A stretch of DNA of 63,391 bases, counting the filler, from Candidatus Fermentibacterota bacterium (lineage in GTDB: Bacteria > JAFGKV01), in assembly GCA_016928395.1 (NCBI GenBank). It is 6 parts of 6 records of this genome, joined end to end, with 100 filler letters (N's around TTAATTAATTAA, not from the genome) between each part and the next. Parts side by side here need not be neighbours in the genome. Positions count along the whole stretch, not along the records: positions 41,600 to 52,570 come from JAFGKV010000215.1; 5 more parts are not named here. One strand, written 5' to 3'. Made by a program: the position numbers and the translations under genes. Shown one piece after another: positions 41,600-51,847 of this stretch. Numbering within the stretch: the stretch's first letter is position 1; each line of letters opens with the position of its first letter. The notes beneath the pieces were generated by a model. That model had not been told where the DNA came from, searched no databases, and saw only the letters and a program-made list of their open reading frames with translations.

Positions 41600-44500
41600 A
41601 GAGGAAGATACCATCAGTGTTATTGCCGGAGATGACATTCCGGCTTCCAGGTGTCGTGCCGCCGATGATGTTGTTGCTCTGCCCGCCCTCAATGCGGATT
41701 CCCGTGGTCGTGTTCCCGCGGTCGAGCGTACCCGTGATATCGGTACCGATGTAATTCCCCTCGATGAGGTGGCCGGCACCGGTTCCATTGATGAAAATAC
41801 CATTTCCCGGGAAGCGATTGATGACCAAGCCCCTGATCACGCAGTTGCTTACATTGTTCAGTTGGATGCCGCGACCCGTGGCACCACCGTTGCCGCGGAG
41901 TTCAACGGTCAGCACGGCATTCGACGTGTCGGGTGCCGCCACGGTGTTGAGTTGCGCACCCAGCTGCGTGTAGCCATCAATCATCACCCCCTGGTTGATC
42001 GTGGGGAGATTGCTGGCAGGGGCGATGGACCAGTAGGCCGGCGGACCGGCAACGTAGCCCGGGTCCGACGTCGGGATGTCGAAGGTGATGGTATCCATCC
42101 CCGCGATGCTGTTGGCCATGGTGATGGCCTCGCGAAGCGACCCTGGTCCACTGTCACTGGTAGTGATGACAACGAAGGGATCAGTCACCATGACGCACTG
42201 CGAGAATTCCGACGTGTTCCCGCCGGGATCGGTGGCCGTCGCTGCTATGTACCAACCGATCGCCACTGCCGTGGAGATAGTTGTGGTGAAGGAGACGTCT
42301 CCATTGACATCCGTGGTGACACCCGCCGTTCCCACCCAGGTTGCCCCTTCGCCGTATCCGGTGGGATCGGCGGCAGCGCTGGCGTAGAAGTCTAGAGTGA
42401 ACGCCGTGCTAGGCGTGCTGTTGAGGGCGCCCTGTACACGGGTGGTCGATCCCGCCGGATACGCTGAGCTCAGCACGGGGTGGTTCTGGACATTGTTGGG
42501 CCCGGTATCGACGTCTGCCGAGTCATTGACGCTCACGCCGTCGTCATTCAGGTCAATGCCGAGGCCGGCATTGTCTAGTATCGAGTTGCCTCGAATGGTG
42601 TTCCCCGTGGCTGAATGGATGCCGACGCCAGCATTTCCACTGTTGGCGATGATGTTGGCTTCCCCTGCTCCGGTGCCCCCGATGGTGTTGTTGCTGGGGT
42701 CAAGGAATAGCCAGATCCCACGGTTTGCGTTGCCCAGCGCCGACGTGCCGGTCACATCGACGCCGATGAAGTTACCTTTGATCGAGTTGTTCGATGCTGT
42801 GGCAGAAACAAGCCAAATGCCATGATTGCTATTGCCCGAAATGATATTGCGGTCACCGGGTGAGGCTCCGCCAAGGGTGTTGGTGCCGCTCATGACGACG
42901 ATGCCATCAGTCCCATTCCCGAGATCGCTGGTTCCGCTCACGTCAGTGCCTATGTAGCAGCCCCTTATGTGAGCACCGCCAGGGGTGTTGATCAGGATAC
43001 CCGGAGATCCGTAGCGGTTGATGACCAGGCCCTGCGCCACACAGCCGCCTGCAGACACTTCCAGGCCGGTTGTCGATCCTCCCGCACTGGATCCGTCGAG
43101 TTCAATCTTCAGCGCGGCATTCGACGCTCCCGGAGCAGGTGTCGTGTTCGGCTGAGCTCCCGGTTGGGAATAGCCATCGATTATCACTGTATCGCTCAGA
43201 ACCGGCAACGCCGAGTCGGGCTGAATCGACCAGTAAGAGGGAGGGCCGACCACGTACCCCGGGTCACTGGTGGGAATGTCGAACAGGATGGTGTCAGGTC
43301 CTGCCGAGGCGTTGGCATACAGGAGCGCCTGTCGTAACGAGCCCGTGCCGGCGTCGTTGGTGTTCACCACCGTCAGGGTCAGCTTGCTGACCTCTCTGTT
43401 CGCGCCGAATTCGGAGGTGTTGGCGTCTGGATCGGTCGCGGTCGCACACACATACGAACCCAGCGTCAAGGGTGGTGAATACGTGACGCTGAATGCCGCG
43501 TCACCGTTGCCATCCGTGGTCACCATGGTGTCCCGAAGCCAGGTCGTTCCTTCACCGTAGTTCGTTGGATCAGGGGTGGGGTTGGAGTAGAACTGCAGGT
43601 AGAAGGTCGTGCTGGGCGTGCTGTTGAGGGTGCCCTCCATGACCGTCAGGGCGGCATTGCTCTTCGCGCTGGTGATGACCGGGTAGTTCTGCAGGTAGTT
43701 TGAGTCAAAATCGGGATCCTGGTAGTCATTGTAGGTCCAGCCGCTGGCAGGGTCGCCCGACTTGGCGAGATCGATGCCCAACCGGCCGTTTGAGTGGATC
43801 GAATTCCCCATAACCCCGTTGAAGTATGCCCAGAAGATCCCGACGCCACAAGAGTCGTTGAACGCGATGGTGTTCCAATACCCGCTCGAGCTACCTCCAA
43901 TCTCTGTGTGGTTGCTATTCACATAGACCCCATGGCCACCATTACCGACATCGGCGGTTCCCGCGACGTCAGTCCCGATTCGATTACCCCGTATCAGTGT
44001 GTACTCGCTGTTTCGCAGCCGTATGCCGCTCCACGAATTGCCGGAAATCGTATTGCCCTCGCCTGACCCCGTGCCGCCGACAGAGGTGGCATCGCTCAGG
44101 AGCAGGCCTATGCCGTCCTGGCTGTTGGCAAGGGCACCCGACCCCGCGGCATTGATCCCGACGTAGTTGCCCTGAATGACCACGTCATTGATTCCATACG
44201 CAAAGACTCCACACCCGTCGTTCCCGGAGATGACATTGCCGGCTCCTGAACTCGGGCCGCCGATCACCGCGTCCGTTGATCCGCCCGGGCTTGTCTTGTA
44301 CATCAGATAGACACCGTGACGGGTATTGCCGAGATCGGCGATCCCATCCGCGTGTGTGCCGATGTAGTTGCCACTGATAATGGTGCCAGTGGACCGCTGC
44401 GAGAGCACGATACCGTCACCGTTGTTGCCGGAGATGAGATTCCGGGCTGCGGCCGTCGTGCCTCCGATGAGGTGGTTCTGACCATAATCGATGGATATGC

Positions 44501-45245
44501 CATACCCCGTGCCGGAGCCGTTCGCCAGGGCGGTTATGCCGCTGGCCCGGGTGCCGATGTAGTTGCCCTGCACGGTAATCTCGGCCGTCAAGCCTGCCGA
44601 ACCGATCTGGATTCCTCCGGTTGTGTTGCCGGAGATCACGTTCCGTGCGGCAGGTGTCGTACCGCCGATGGTATGCGTACCGTGGGGGGCATCGATGCCG
44701 ATGGCATTTCCGTAGGCAGTGACCCCATTTGCATTGGTGCCGATGTAGTTGCCCTCGACTACCGTGGGACCGCCGACCAGATAAATGCCGGCGCCGCTCC
44801 AACTATTGATCACCAAACCGCGTACCGTGGAACTGCCGAGCAGGTGCAATCCGTTGGCGGATGCGCCCGCGTTGACGCCGCTCAGTACGATCCTGAGGAG
44901 CGCGTCGGTCGCGCCCGGAGAGGCAACGGTGTTGGGCTGTGCGCTTGGTTGCGTATATCCATCGATGAGCACGTCATCAAACAAAGACAGTGTCGAGGCA
45001 CTCGGCCTGATAATCCATCGGCTGGGAGGTCCCGGCGTATATGCCGAATCACTGGTGGGGATGTTGAAGTAGACTGAATCGAAGCCTGCATGTCCCTCGG
45101 CATCCCATAGTGCCTGAGCCAACGATCCCGGTCCGCTGTCTCGGGTGTTGATCACCGTGTAGATCGTGGCCTGACTCTGCCCCGGATTCTGGACGAGCAC
45201 GAGCACAACGACCAGAAGGGCTGACCGCGCGAGGTTACTGGACAT
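41600..45245 (-). CDS. Giant secreted right-handed beta-helix repeat protein (3' end truncated by the contig end)
   Basis: Signal peptide; repeated GNYIGT and RNVISGN; three modules each starting V.NT.DSG.GSLR.A; GGAGG RBS. Confidence 0.88.
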
Positions 45246-45503
45246 GGAAGACCTCCGTTGGTTGGGTGACCGGGGTTGATGGAGTGAGGCAGATCTGGTA
45301 AGATGTGATGAACGGCTTGACGGAACGGCCCGTCACTCACAGGGGGAGCACCCCGAGGGAGCGAGTCAGGCATAGAGGGGTGGGGTGCCCGGCAGCCTGA
45401 TGCCGTGGACGCACAAGATACGCAGAGAACGGGGAGCGGGGCTCCTGTGGCATGACGCAATCCTCATGAGCGGGCGGACTGCCAAGCCGTCCTATGGAGG
45501 ATT

Positions 45504-45531
45504 AGTATACTACAGCGCACCACCCTGTCAA
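45504..45531 (-). promoter_or_regulatory. Sigma70-like promoter TTGACA-N16-TATACT
   Basis: Near-consensus hexamers about 255 nt upstream of the beta-helix gene start. Confidence 0.6.
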
Positions 45532-45646
45532 GGAGACTGCAACAAATCGGATCAGCGTAGCAGATGGGAACTGCCCCCTTGGTGAGACGAGACACATGTA
45601 CTGTGCCGCGGCACCGGCAGATGCCCGCCCGATTCGGTTCTCCTTT

Positions 45647-45929
45647 CAGTAAGGCCTCTGGATGCGACTGCACCCAGGTCTTTCGAGGTGGAGGGTACGG
45701 CCGGCAGTTGGCTATCGGCTGTCAGTTATCGGCTGTCAGCTGTCAGCTATCGGCTGTCAGCTATCGGCTGTCAGCTATCAGGCCCGCCCAGGGCTACGGG
45801 AAACCGTTGCCGGGGTAGGGCGACCGTCTCTGGTCGCCCGCGGGAGGACGGGGTTCGGAGTCGGTATCGGTATCGCTCTCGAGAGGCGTACCTCCGAGTA
45901 CGAGTGCGTGGGTATACTCTCAAACGAGG
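45647..45929 (+). repeat. Composite intergenic repeat copy F: CAGTAAGGCC...GAGGGTAC unit, ten GCT(A/G)TC(A/G) heptamers, GTAG-REP, CGGTAT hexamers, TACTCTCAAAC
   Basis: Colinear with the reverse complement of ~60127-60360; partial copies at 48250-48360 and 52382-52570. Confidence 0.9.
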
Positions 45930-46258
45930 CGGTTGAGAAGGCCGGGCTGTACTCAATCCCACATACCAGCCCCTTCAGGTTGGCGGCGATGGCGCGTCCA
46001 GGTTCGCGGCCTCAGCCTGCTGTTCGCGCAGCGTCGTGCTGAGCCGCTGCCATCAACCAAGCGTCACGTCTGGTGCAACCGGAGAGGCGTCGGGTGCTGG
46101 AGCGGTTAGAGGCTGCGGGCATTCGTCGCGGAAGCCACGAGAGGGGCAGACGAAGGACGGCAGGCTCCCCCTCCGAAGTCTCCGACCCAGGCGTGTGTAA
46201 GAACAGCGGGGCGGTCGTGATACTCGCCGCCCGGGCCTATTCCCGATTCTCGGGTGGC

Positions 46259-47176
46259 CTACAAGCCTCCTGCGAACCGGTCAAAGATGAGGCCGTGGCG
46301 GAGGCCGCGGTCGCTGACCAGGAGGTGGTCAACATCAAGATAACGCAGGATGGACAAGACGATGGAGGCGCCGGCGAGGATGATGTCGGCCCGTTTGGGA
46401 TGGAGGCCGACAATAGCCCGACGCTCGGCCAGTGAGGCCTCCTGATAGCGCGTCACCTGGGATTCGATGTCGACGCGCGTGAGCATGGAGCCGTGAACCT
46501 GCTCGGGATCATACGCCCCCAGTTCCAGCTTCACCGCCGCCATGGACGTCAGCGTGCCGCCCATGCCCACCACGGTAAACCTCTTGCCGGGAGGAGTCAG
46601 CGGGCTCAGCGAACGGACCAGATGCGCATGCAATGCCGACAGCTCGTCGGGCAAGACCGGGTCAGACAGAAGGAACTCCTGGGTGAGCGCAACCGCTCCC
46701 AGGTTCAGGCTGAAACGCCGCTGGATTGCGCTGCCGCGACCCACGATGAACTCGGTGCTACCCCCGCCGGTATCGAAGGCAACGACACCCTGGGGAAGCG
46801 GCAAGCCGGAGATGATCGCCATGTACGAGAGGCGGGCCTCTTCCTCGCCGTCGATCACTTCGATGGACAGATCCAGCCGCGCCTCGACTGCCCCGATGAA
46901 CTCGGCCGCATTGCCGGCTTCGCGCAAGCACATGGTGCCGACCGCGGCGATGTGTTCGACCCGGAGCCCGCGGGCCTCGTTCACGAATCGCCCCAAGACA
47001 TCCAGCGTCCGCTCCATGGCCGCCTGTGTGATAACGCCGGTATTTTTGAGGCCTTCGCCGAGGCGGGTGATCTCTGTTCGATCGCAGAGGACCCGCCAGC
47101 CCGGGCCGTCGCCCAGCTCAGCGACATGGAGCTTGACTGAATTGGAGCCGACGTCGATGGAGGCCACGCGCATCAC
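46259..47176 (-). CDS. ppx: Ppx/GppA family phosphatase
   Basis: IDVGSNSVKL, TRLGEGL, GEEEARL, DTGGGSTE, GMGGT, RADII.AG, GLRHG. Confidence 0.88.
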   Translation of the reverse strand: MMRVASIDVGSNSVKLHVAELGDGPGWRVLCDRTEITRLGEGLKNTGVITQAAMERTLDVLGRFVNEARGLRVEHIAAVGTMCLREAGNAAEFIGAVEARLDLSIEVIDGEEEARLSYMAIISGLPLPQGVVAFDTGGGSTEFIVGRGSAIQRRFSLNLGAVALTQEFLLSDPVLPDELSALHAHLVRSLSPLTPPGKRFTVVGMGGTLTSMAAVKLELGAYDPEQVHGSMLTRVDIESQVTRYQEASLAERRAIVGLHPKRADIILAGASIVLSILRYLDVDHLLVSDRGLRHGLIFDRFAGGL

Positions 47177-47177
47177 G

Positions 47178-47762
47178 CTATGCCTCCCAGCCTTTGAGGC
47201 GCTTCAAGCCGCGGATGTAGTTGACATTCTCCCGACCTTCCAGCCCGAGCATGTGCACGGTCAAACCGACCAGCCTTGGGTTCTCGTGTTCCACCGCCAC
47301 GGTGCGGATGGGTGCGCCGTCCACCGTGAGGTCGGCGATCTCGGCCTTGCAGCCGTTCACCGAGTGACACGCGCGCTGCTTTGTCACGTGCACCGCCAGG
47401 AGGTCCCCCTCGGGCCTCACCAGCTCCAGCAGCCCCTCCAGCGAAAACGGACCTGTCAGAGGTTGAGTCGGCGGTACCCGCAGAAGCCGCAGCGCCTCCG
47501 CCAGCGCCTCCGCATCCAGCGGGAAGAGCGCCTTGAGCGCGGGAGTCCACTGCTCCAGCCCCTCCTCGTTTGTCTGTAGAAGGACCTTCACGTTCAAGAC
47601 GCCCGCCCGGATCTTGACATTGACGCCACTGCGTTTCGACAGAATGTAGAACTCCTCGCTGTCTACCGCGCGGGTCTGCTCAGCCGCGGCGATACGGGCC
47701 TCGGCCCCGCCAAAATCACTCCCAAAGGATCGCCATTCCCAGCGGGGGACGATGTCAGTCAT
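47178..47762 (-). CDS. Hypothetical protein, CYTH-like
   Basis: PRWEWRSFG (ExR-type), NVKIR...K, K.R, AVE, NY pattern; stop lies 1 nt before the ppx start. Confidence 0.65.
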   Translation of the reverse strand: MTDIVPRWEWRSFGSDFGGAEARIAAAEQTRAVDSEEFYILSKRSGVNVKIRAGVLNVKVLLQTNEEGLEQWTPALKALFPLDAEALAEALRLLRVPPTQPLTGPFSLEGLLELVRPEGDLLAVHVTKQRACHSVNGCKAEIADLTVDGAPIRTVAVEHENPRLVGLTVHMLGLEGRENVNYIRGLKRLKGWEA

Positions 47763-47831
47763 AACGTGCCTCGCTTCGCTCGGCGTTTACAGTGTAAGGT
47801 ATACGGTTCACGGGGGGGAGCTACACTTCAT

Positions 47832-48145
47832 GCTGTCGGCTGTCGGCTCTCAGCTGTCCGGCCTCTGATGGGGCGGCGAGATCAGGCTTCTCGGGTCTGA
47901 GAGAACATCGTGAATCATCTGCTCTCAAAGAGGCGAGAATGTCATCACACGCTCTATGCGGGTGATCCAGATCTTGCATCCTAATTCTCGGACTGGATTG
48001 CCCGAACCAGTCGGGCAATGACATCAACAGAACCATGTACTCGCAAACATGTCTCCTTCGTCTCGCGTGCTTCGAGTGTAGGATCTCGCTCCAGACTGCC
48101 GATTTTGAACCGCCAACTGCTGACCTGCAACTCATGGCTCATCCC
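47832..48145 (-). pseudogene. Possible decayed four-helix-bundle cassette flanked by heptamer arrays
   Basis: Heptamer tracts at 47832-47862 and ~48095-48142 bracket a lower-GC stretch encoding SLPDWFGQSS (cf. SLxDQxRRSS) and EARET; similarity is weak. Confidence 0.25.
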
Positions 48146-48156
48146 CTGAACCCTTG

Positions 48157-48408
48157 TGTGAGAGAACATGCAAAGCTCGTACACGTCCTCGTGCGCGACT
48201 GCCCGGCGCGTCGACTGCGACTATGATTACGACAACGATAGCGATACCGACCCCGAGCACTCTCCCGGGCGGGCGACCAGGGACGGTCGCCCCTACGAGG
48301 CAACGGTTCCTCGCAGAGCTGGGCGGGCCGATAGCTGACAGCCGATAGCCAACTGCCGTTTGTACTCTCAACCCCGAACCCCGAACCCCGAACCCTGAAC
48401 CCTGTAGC
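48157..48408 (-). repeat. Composite intergenic repeat copy G: GGGTTC(A/G) x5, GAGAGTAC, heptamers, GTAG-REP, hexamers, B-type module
   Basis: Shares modules with copies B, F, H and I. Confidence 0.9.
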
Positions 48409-48419
48409 CTGCCTCCAGG

Positions 48420-49319
48420 CTACACCACTTCCAGCATTCGCTCGATGGGGGCACGGGCCCGCTCGGCGATATCCTCAGGGACTGTGATCTCATACTCCAT
48501 GTCACTGAGTGACCAGAAGATCTTCTCCAGAGTCGTGAGTTTCATGTTGGGGCAGTCAGATAGCTCCGTCGCGGGGTAGAATCTCTTGCTCGGGTTCTCC
48601 TTCTTCAGCCGGTGGAGCAGGCCCAGTTCGGTGCCGATGATGAACTCGTCGGCATCTGACTCCCGGCAGTAGCGCAGAATCCCCGACGTACTGCCGACAT
48701 GGTCCGCCATGGCAATGGTCTCAGGCATGCATTCCGGATGAACGGTAACCTTGGCCGCGGGGTGCGCGTTTCGGGCTTCCTGGATGTCCCGCGGCCTAAT
48801 GCGCCGGTGGGTAGGGCAAAAACCCGGCCACAGGTGCAGCTTCTTACCCAATTGGGTCTGTACATAGTGACCAAGATACTGATCAGGCACGAAAAGAATC
48901 TCGGCGTTACCCATCGATTGCACGACCTTCACGGCATTCGCCGACGTGCAGCAGATATCGCTCATGGCCTTGATGGCTGCGGTGCTGTTGACATAGGTGA
49001 CGACCTTCACTCCCGGAAGCTCAGCCTTGCGGGCCGCCAGCTCCTTCGGCGTGATCATATTGGCCATGGGGCAACCTGCGAACGCATCAGGCATGAGTAC
49101 GGTCTTTCCCGGATTCAGGATTGCGGCAGTCTCGGCCATGAAGTGAACCCCGCAGAACACGATGATATCTGCCGTGGTGGCAGTGACCTTCCGCGCCAAC
49201 TCCAGGGAATCGCCAAGGAAGTCAGCGATGTCCTGCACGTCGCCCAGGGTGTAGTTGTGGGCCAGAATCACTGCATTGCGCCGGGCTTTCAGCGAGGCGA
49301 TCTCTCGAGCGAGATCCAT
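48420..49319 (-). CDS. nadA: Quinolinate synthase
   Basis: ILAHNY, GDSL, FCGVHFMAETA, AGCPMA, YVNS, CTSANA, CPTH, HPEC, CPNMK. Confidence 0.97.
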   Translation of the reverse strand: MDLAREIASLKARRNAVILAHNYTLGDVQDIADFLGDSLELARKVTATTADIIVFCGVHFMAETAAILNPGKTVLMPDAFAGCPMANMITPKELAARKAELPGVKVVTYVNSTAAIKAMSDICCTSANAVKVVQSMGNAEILFVPDQYLGHYVQTQLGKKLHLWPGFCPTHRRIRPRDIQEARNAHPAAKVTVHPECMPETIAMADHVGSTSGILRYCRESDADEFIIGTELGLLHRLKKENPSKRFYPATELSDCPNMKLTTLEKIFWSLSDMEYEITVPEDIAERARAPIERMLEVV

Positions 49320-49670
49320 CGGGCAGACCTCCAGGGATGGCATGCACGTATCGGGGACAAGGTCGTTTGACCTGACGGCGGCAAGATAGCACGATCGCGC
49401 CGCCGGTCTACCGTTTCCACCCGGGGCGACGCTGAGCGCCGGGGGAGGTGAATGAGTGAAGAGGTAGGGGGGCCTGCGGGATTCGGGGGCGCGACGGGAC
49501 GGTCGAGAGAGGCTGGCCAGGAGCGAATGAGCTCGCGCCCGGGGGTGAGCCGGGCCGTGGTGAGGCTTGACGCGGGGCGGTATCTTCCCTAATCAAGTGC
49601 ATGGCACTGGGTGTCGGGGTCGTCGGGATCTCGCCGGCACGCCCGTGCATCCACGCCCAAGGGAGGCTCT

Positions 49671-50072
49671 ATGAAGCTTACGTCGCGTAGTGAATACGCG
49701 CTGCTGGCCTTGGTGTATTTGGCACGAGAAAACCAGGACGGGTTCATCCCTTCCGAGGTAATCGCCACCGCTCAGGGCATACCGCCCAAGTTCCTGGAGC
49801 AGATCATGTTGGCCCTCAAGCGAGGCAGATATCTGCGGAGCTCCAAGGGCGTGCACGGTGGCTACCGCCTGGCCAAGCCTCCGGGAAAAATCACTCTGGC
49901 CGAGATTATCAGATTCCTGGATGGCGCCCTGGCGCCTACCGAATCGGTCAGCGAGTACTTCTACGAGAAGACACCCATTGCGCGAGAACAGAACCTGATG
50001 GGCGTGTTCCGTCGGATCCGCGATTATGTCTCCACTACTCTGGAGAGCACGACCCTGGCTGACGTGTGTTAG
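49671..50072 (+). CDS. Rrf2-family transcriptional regulator, no Cys ligands (CymR-like)
   Basis: MKLTSRSEYALLAL, FLEQI, S.KG..GGY.LA, LDG.LAP; GGGAGG RBS. Confidence 0.92.
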   Translation: MKLTSRSEYALLALVYLARENQDGFIPSEVIATAQGIPPKFLEQIMLALKRGRYLRSSKGVHGGYRLAKPPGKITLAEIIRFLDGALAPTESVSEYFYEKTPIAREQNLMGVFRRIRDYVSTTLESTTLADVC

Positions 50073-50102
50073 CGGCCGGGCCGCGGGGATGCGGGCGGAT
50101 CG

Positions 50103-50858
50103 ATGACCGTCGCCGCTCTCCGGCCGTACTTCGCGCCCCATGCCGGTTACTTCCGGGTCGTGGCAGAAGCGGATCTCCTCGTGGTGCTGGATCTCGTGCA
50201 GTTTCCCCGGGGGACGACGTGGATCACCAGAAACCGATTCAAGAACGCCGATGGCGAGCTGTGGTTGACGGTGCCGGTGTGGAAGAAGGGCCTCGGCCTC
50301 CAGCGAATCGCCGATGTCAAAATCTGCGATGAGGGAAAATGGCGTCACAAACATGTACAGAGCCTCAAGGCCGCCTATGCCCACGCGCCGTTCTTCCTCG
50401 ACCACCTGCCTTTCTTGGAAGATCTCTATGACGGCCCTCATGATCACATCGCATCCTTCAACACCGCCCTGATCGCGTACATAGTGGGTAGGTTGGGACT
50501 TACCGTTCAGATGATCCTGCAGTCGGAAATGGGCATCGAAGGAACGGGCAGCAGCCTTCTGGCAGACCTGATCCGTCATGTGGGCGCCGACGAGATCGTG
50601 GTGCCCGGGGGTGCGGAGAAGCACCTGGATGACACTGTGCTCCGCCACGCCGGCGCAAGGCTCCGGCTGATTCAGACCAGGCCCCCAACCTATCCTCAAC
50701 TCTGGGGGCCATTTCTGCCCGACCTATCTGTGCTGGACATTCTGTTCACCTGTGGATCCCGCGCCCGCCGTATCCTCAGAATCGACTCGGGCGTATGCGC
50801 AGGCGGGTCCGACGCCACAAACCATGCCGAAGGAGTATCTCATGACCGACCGCATTGA
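50103..50858 (+). CDS. WbqC-family protein
   Basis: PYFAP..GYF, LD.VQF, RNRFK, WLTVPV, YPQLWGPF..DLSVLD.LF. Confidence 0.88.
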   Translation: MTVAALRPYFAPHAGYFRVVAEADLLVVLDLVQFPRGTTWITRNRFKNADGELWLTVPVWKKGLGLQRIADVKICDEGKWRHKHVQSLKAAYAHAPFFLDHLPFLEDLYDGPHDHIASFNTALIAYIVGRLGLTVQMILQSEMGIEGTGSSLLADLIRHVGADEIVVPGGAEKHLDDTVLRHAGARLRLIQTRPPTYPQLWGPFLPDLSVLDILFTCGSRARRILRIDSGVCAGGSDATNHAEGVSHDRPH

Positions 50859-51831
50859 AGCCGCATACGGCGGCGCCGGCTGGTCGCCCCGCACGCAGTC
50901 GACGGGGGACGAATTGGGCCGAATCTGGCGCACCTGCGGCATTGACTCGGAATGGAGGCCGTTGCGGGCGGTGTTGCTCCACTGCCCGGGGCCAGAGTGG
51001 GCTGCGATCGACGACCCAAATCTGGCGCAGATGCTGGAGCGTCCCTATCCCGAAGTCGCGCGTGCAGAACACCATGCGCTGGCGGAGGCATACCGTTCCG
51101 AGGGAGTGATGGTTCACTTGGTGGAACCCGCCGCGACGCCCCCGCCTAATCTCCTCTTCGTGGCCGACCTGCTGTTTTCCACGCCCGAAGGGATCATTCT
51201 CGGCAGACCGGCCTCCACGGTGCGCGCCGGGGAGGAGTGCGTTGTTGCGCAGCGCCTGGGGCAGCTTGGCATCCCGGTGGTCGGCATGGTGCACGGAACC
51301 GGGGTATTCGAAGGGGCGGACGCCATGTGGATTGACCCGAAGACCGTGATACTATCCACAGGGTTGCGCACCAACGACGAGGGGGCAGGACAGGTGATCA
51401 GAATCCTCCAGGAGATGGATGTAAACACGGTGGTGGTAGGCTTGCCGTTCGGCGCCATGCACCTGATGGGCACCTTCCGCATCGTCGACTGCGATCTTGC
51501 GTTCGTCTGGTCGAATCGCGTACCGTTCAAGGTCGTAGAGACGCTCCGCGCCAAGGGGTTTGACGTGCGCTTCATGCCCGATGAACGGGAGCTGATCGAG
51601 GGTTCCGCGTTGAACCTCGTGGTCGCGGGCCCCCGCCGCGTGCTCATGCCCGCGGGGTGTCCCGTGAGTCAGTCCTTTTACAGGGAGGCCGGAGTCACCT
51701 GCATCCCGGTGGAGGTGGGCGAGCTGAGAAAGGCTGCGGGTAGCATCGGGTGCATGACAGGGGTCCTGGAACGGGAGAGAACCCAGAGTCCCAGGCACCC
51801 AGACTCGGTATCTTCGTACTGGATTACCTGA
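50842..51831 (+). CDS. Amidinotransferase/arginine deiminase (pentein) family protein
   Basis: SEW..LRAVLLH.PG, RAGEE, FEGAD, MHL, C-terminal EL.KAAGSIGCMT; AAGGAG RBS. Confidence 0.85.
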   Translation: MTDRIEAAYGGAGWSPRTQSTGDELGRIWRTCGIDSEWRPLRAVLLHCPGPEWAAIDDPNLAQMLERPYPEVARAEHHALAEAYRSEGVMVHLVEPAATPPPNLLFVADLLFSTPEGIILGRPASTVRAGEECVVAQRLGQLGIPVVGMVHGTGVFEGADAMWIDPKTVILSTGLRTNDEGAGQVIRILQEMDVNTVVVGLPFGAMHLMGTFRIVDCDLAFVWSNRVPFKVVETLRAKGFDVRFMPDERELIEGSALNLVVAGPRRVLMPAGCPVSQSFYREAGVTCIPVEVGELRKAAGSIGCMTGVLERERTQSPRHPDSVSSYWIT

Positions 51832-51847
51832 AGCGAAAGGAACGCGG

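Noticed and set aside
45250-45500. c-di-GMP riboswitch in the beta-helix gene leader
   Set aside because: GGCAAACC/GAAA/ACGCAAAGC-type consensus elements were not found by eye.
45711-45780. CRISPR array interpretation of the periodic tracts
   Set aside because: The units are contiguous 5-9-mers without unique ~30-nt spacers, and there are no cas genes.
45662-46042. ORFs with LSAVSYRLSAIG or GSGFRVQ repeats (also ~30095, 48132, 52311, 59967, 63114)
   Set aside because: Translations of heptamer repeats; no RBS or homologous motifs, and frames are not conserved between copies.
49585-49670. SAM riboswitch upstream of the CymR-like Rrf2 (CTAATCAAG...)
   Set aside because: Only the first few bases resemble SAM-I; the core motifs are absent.
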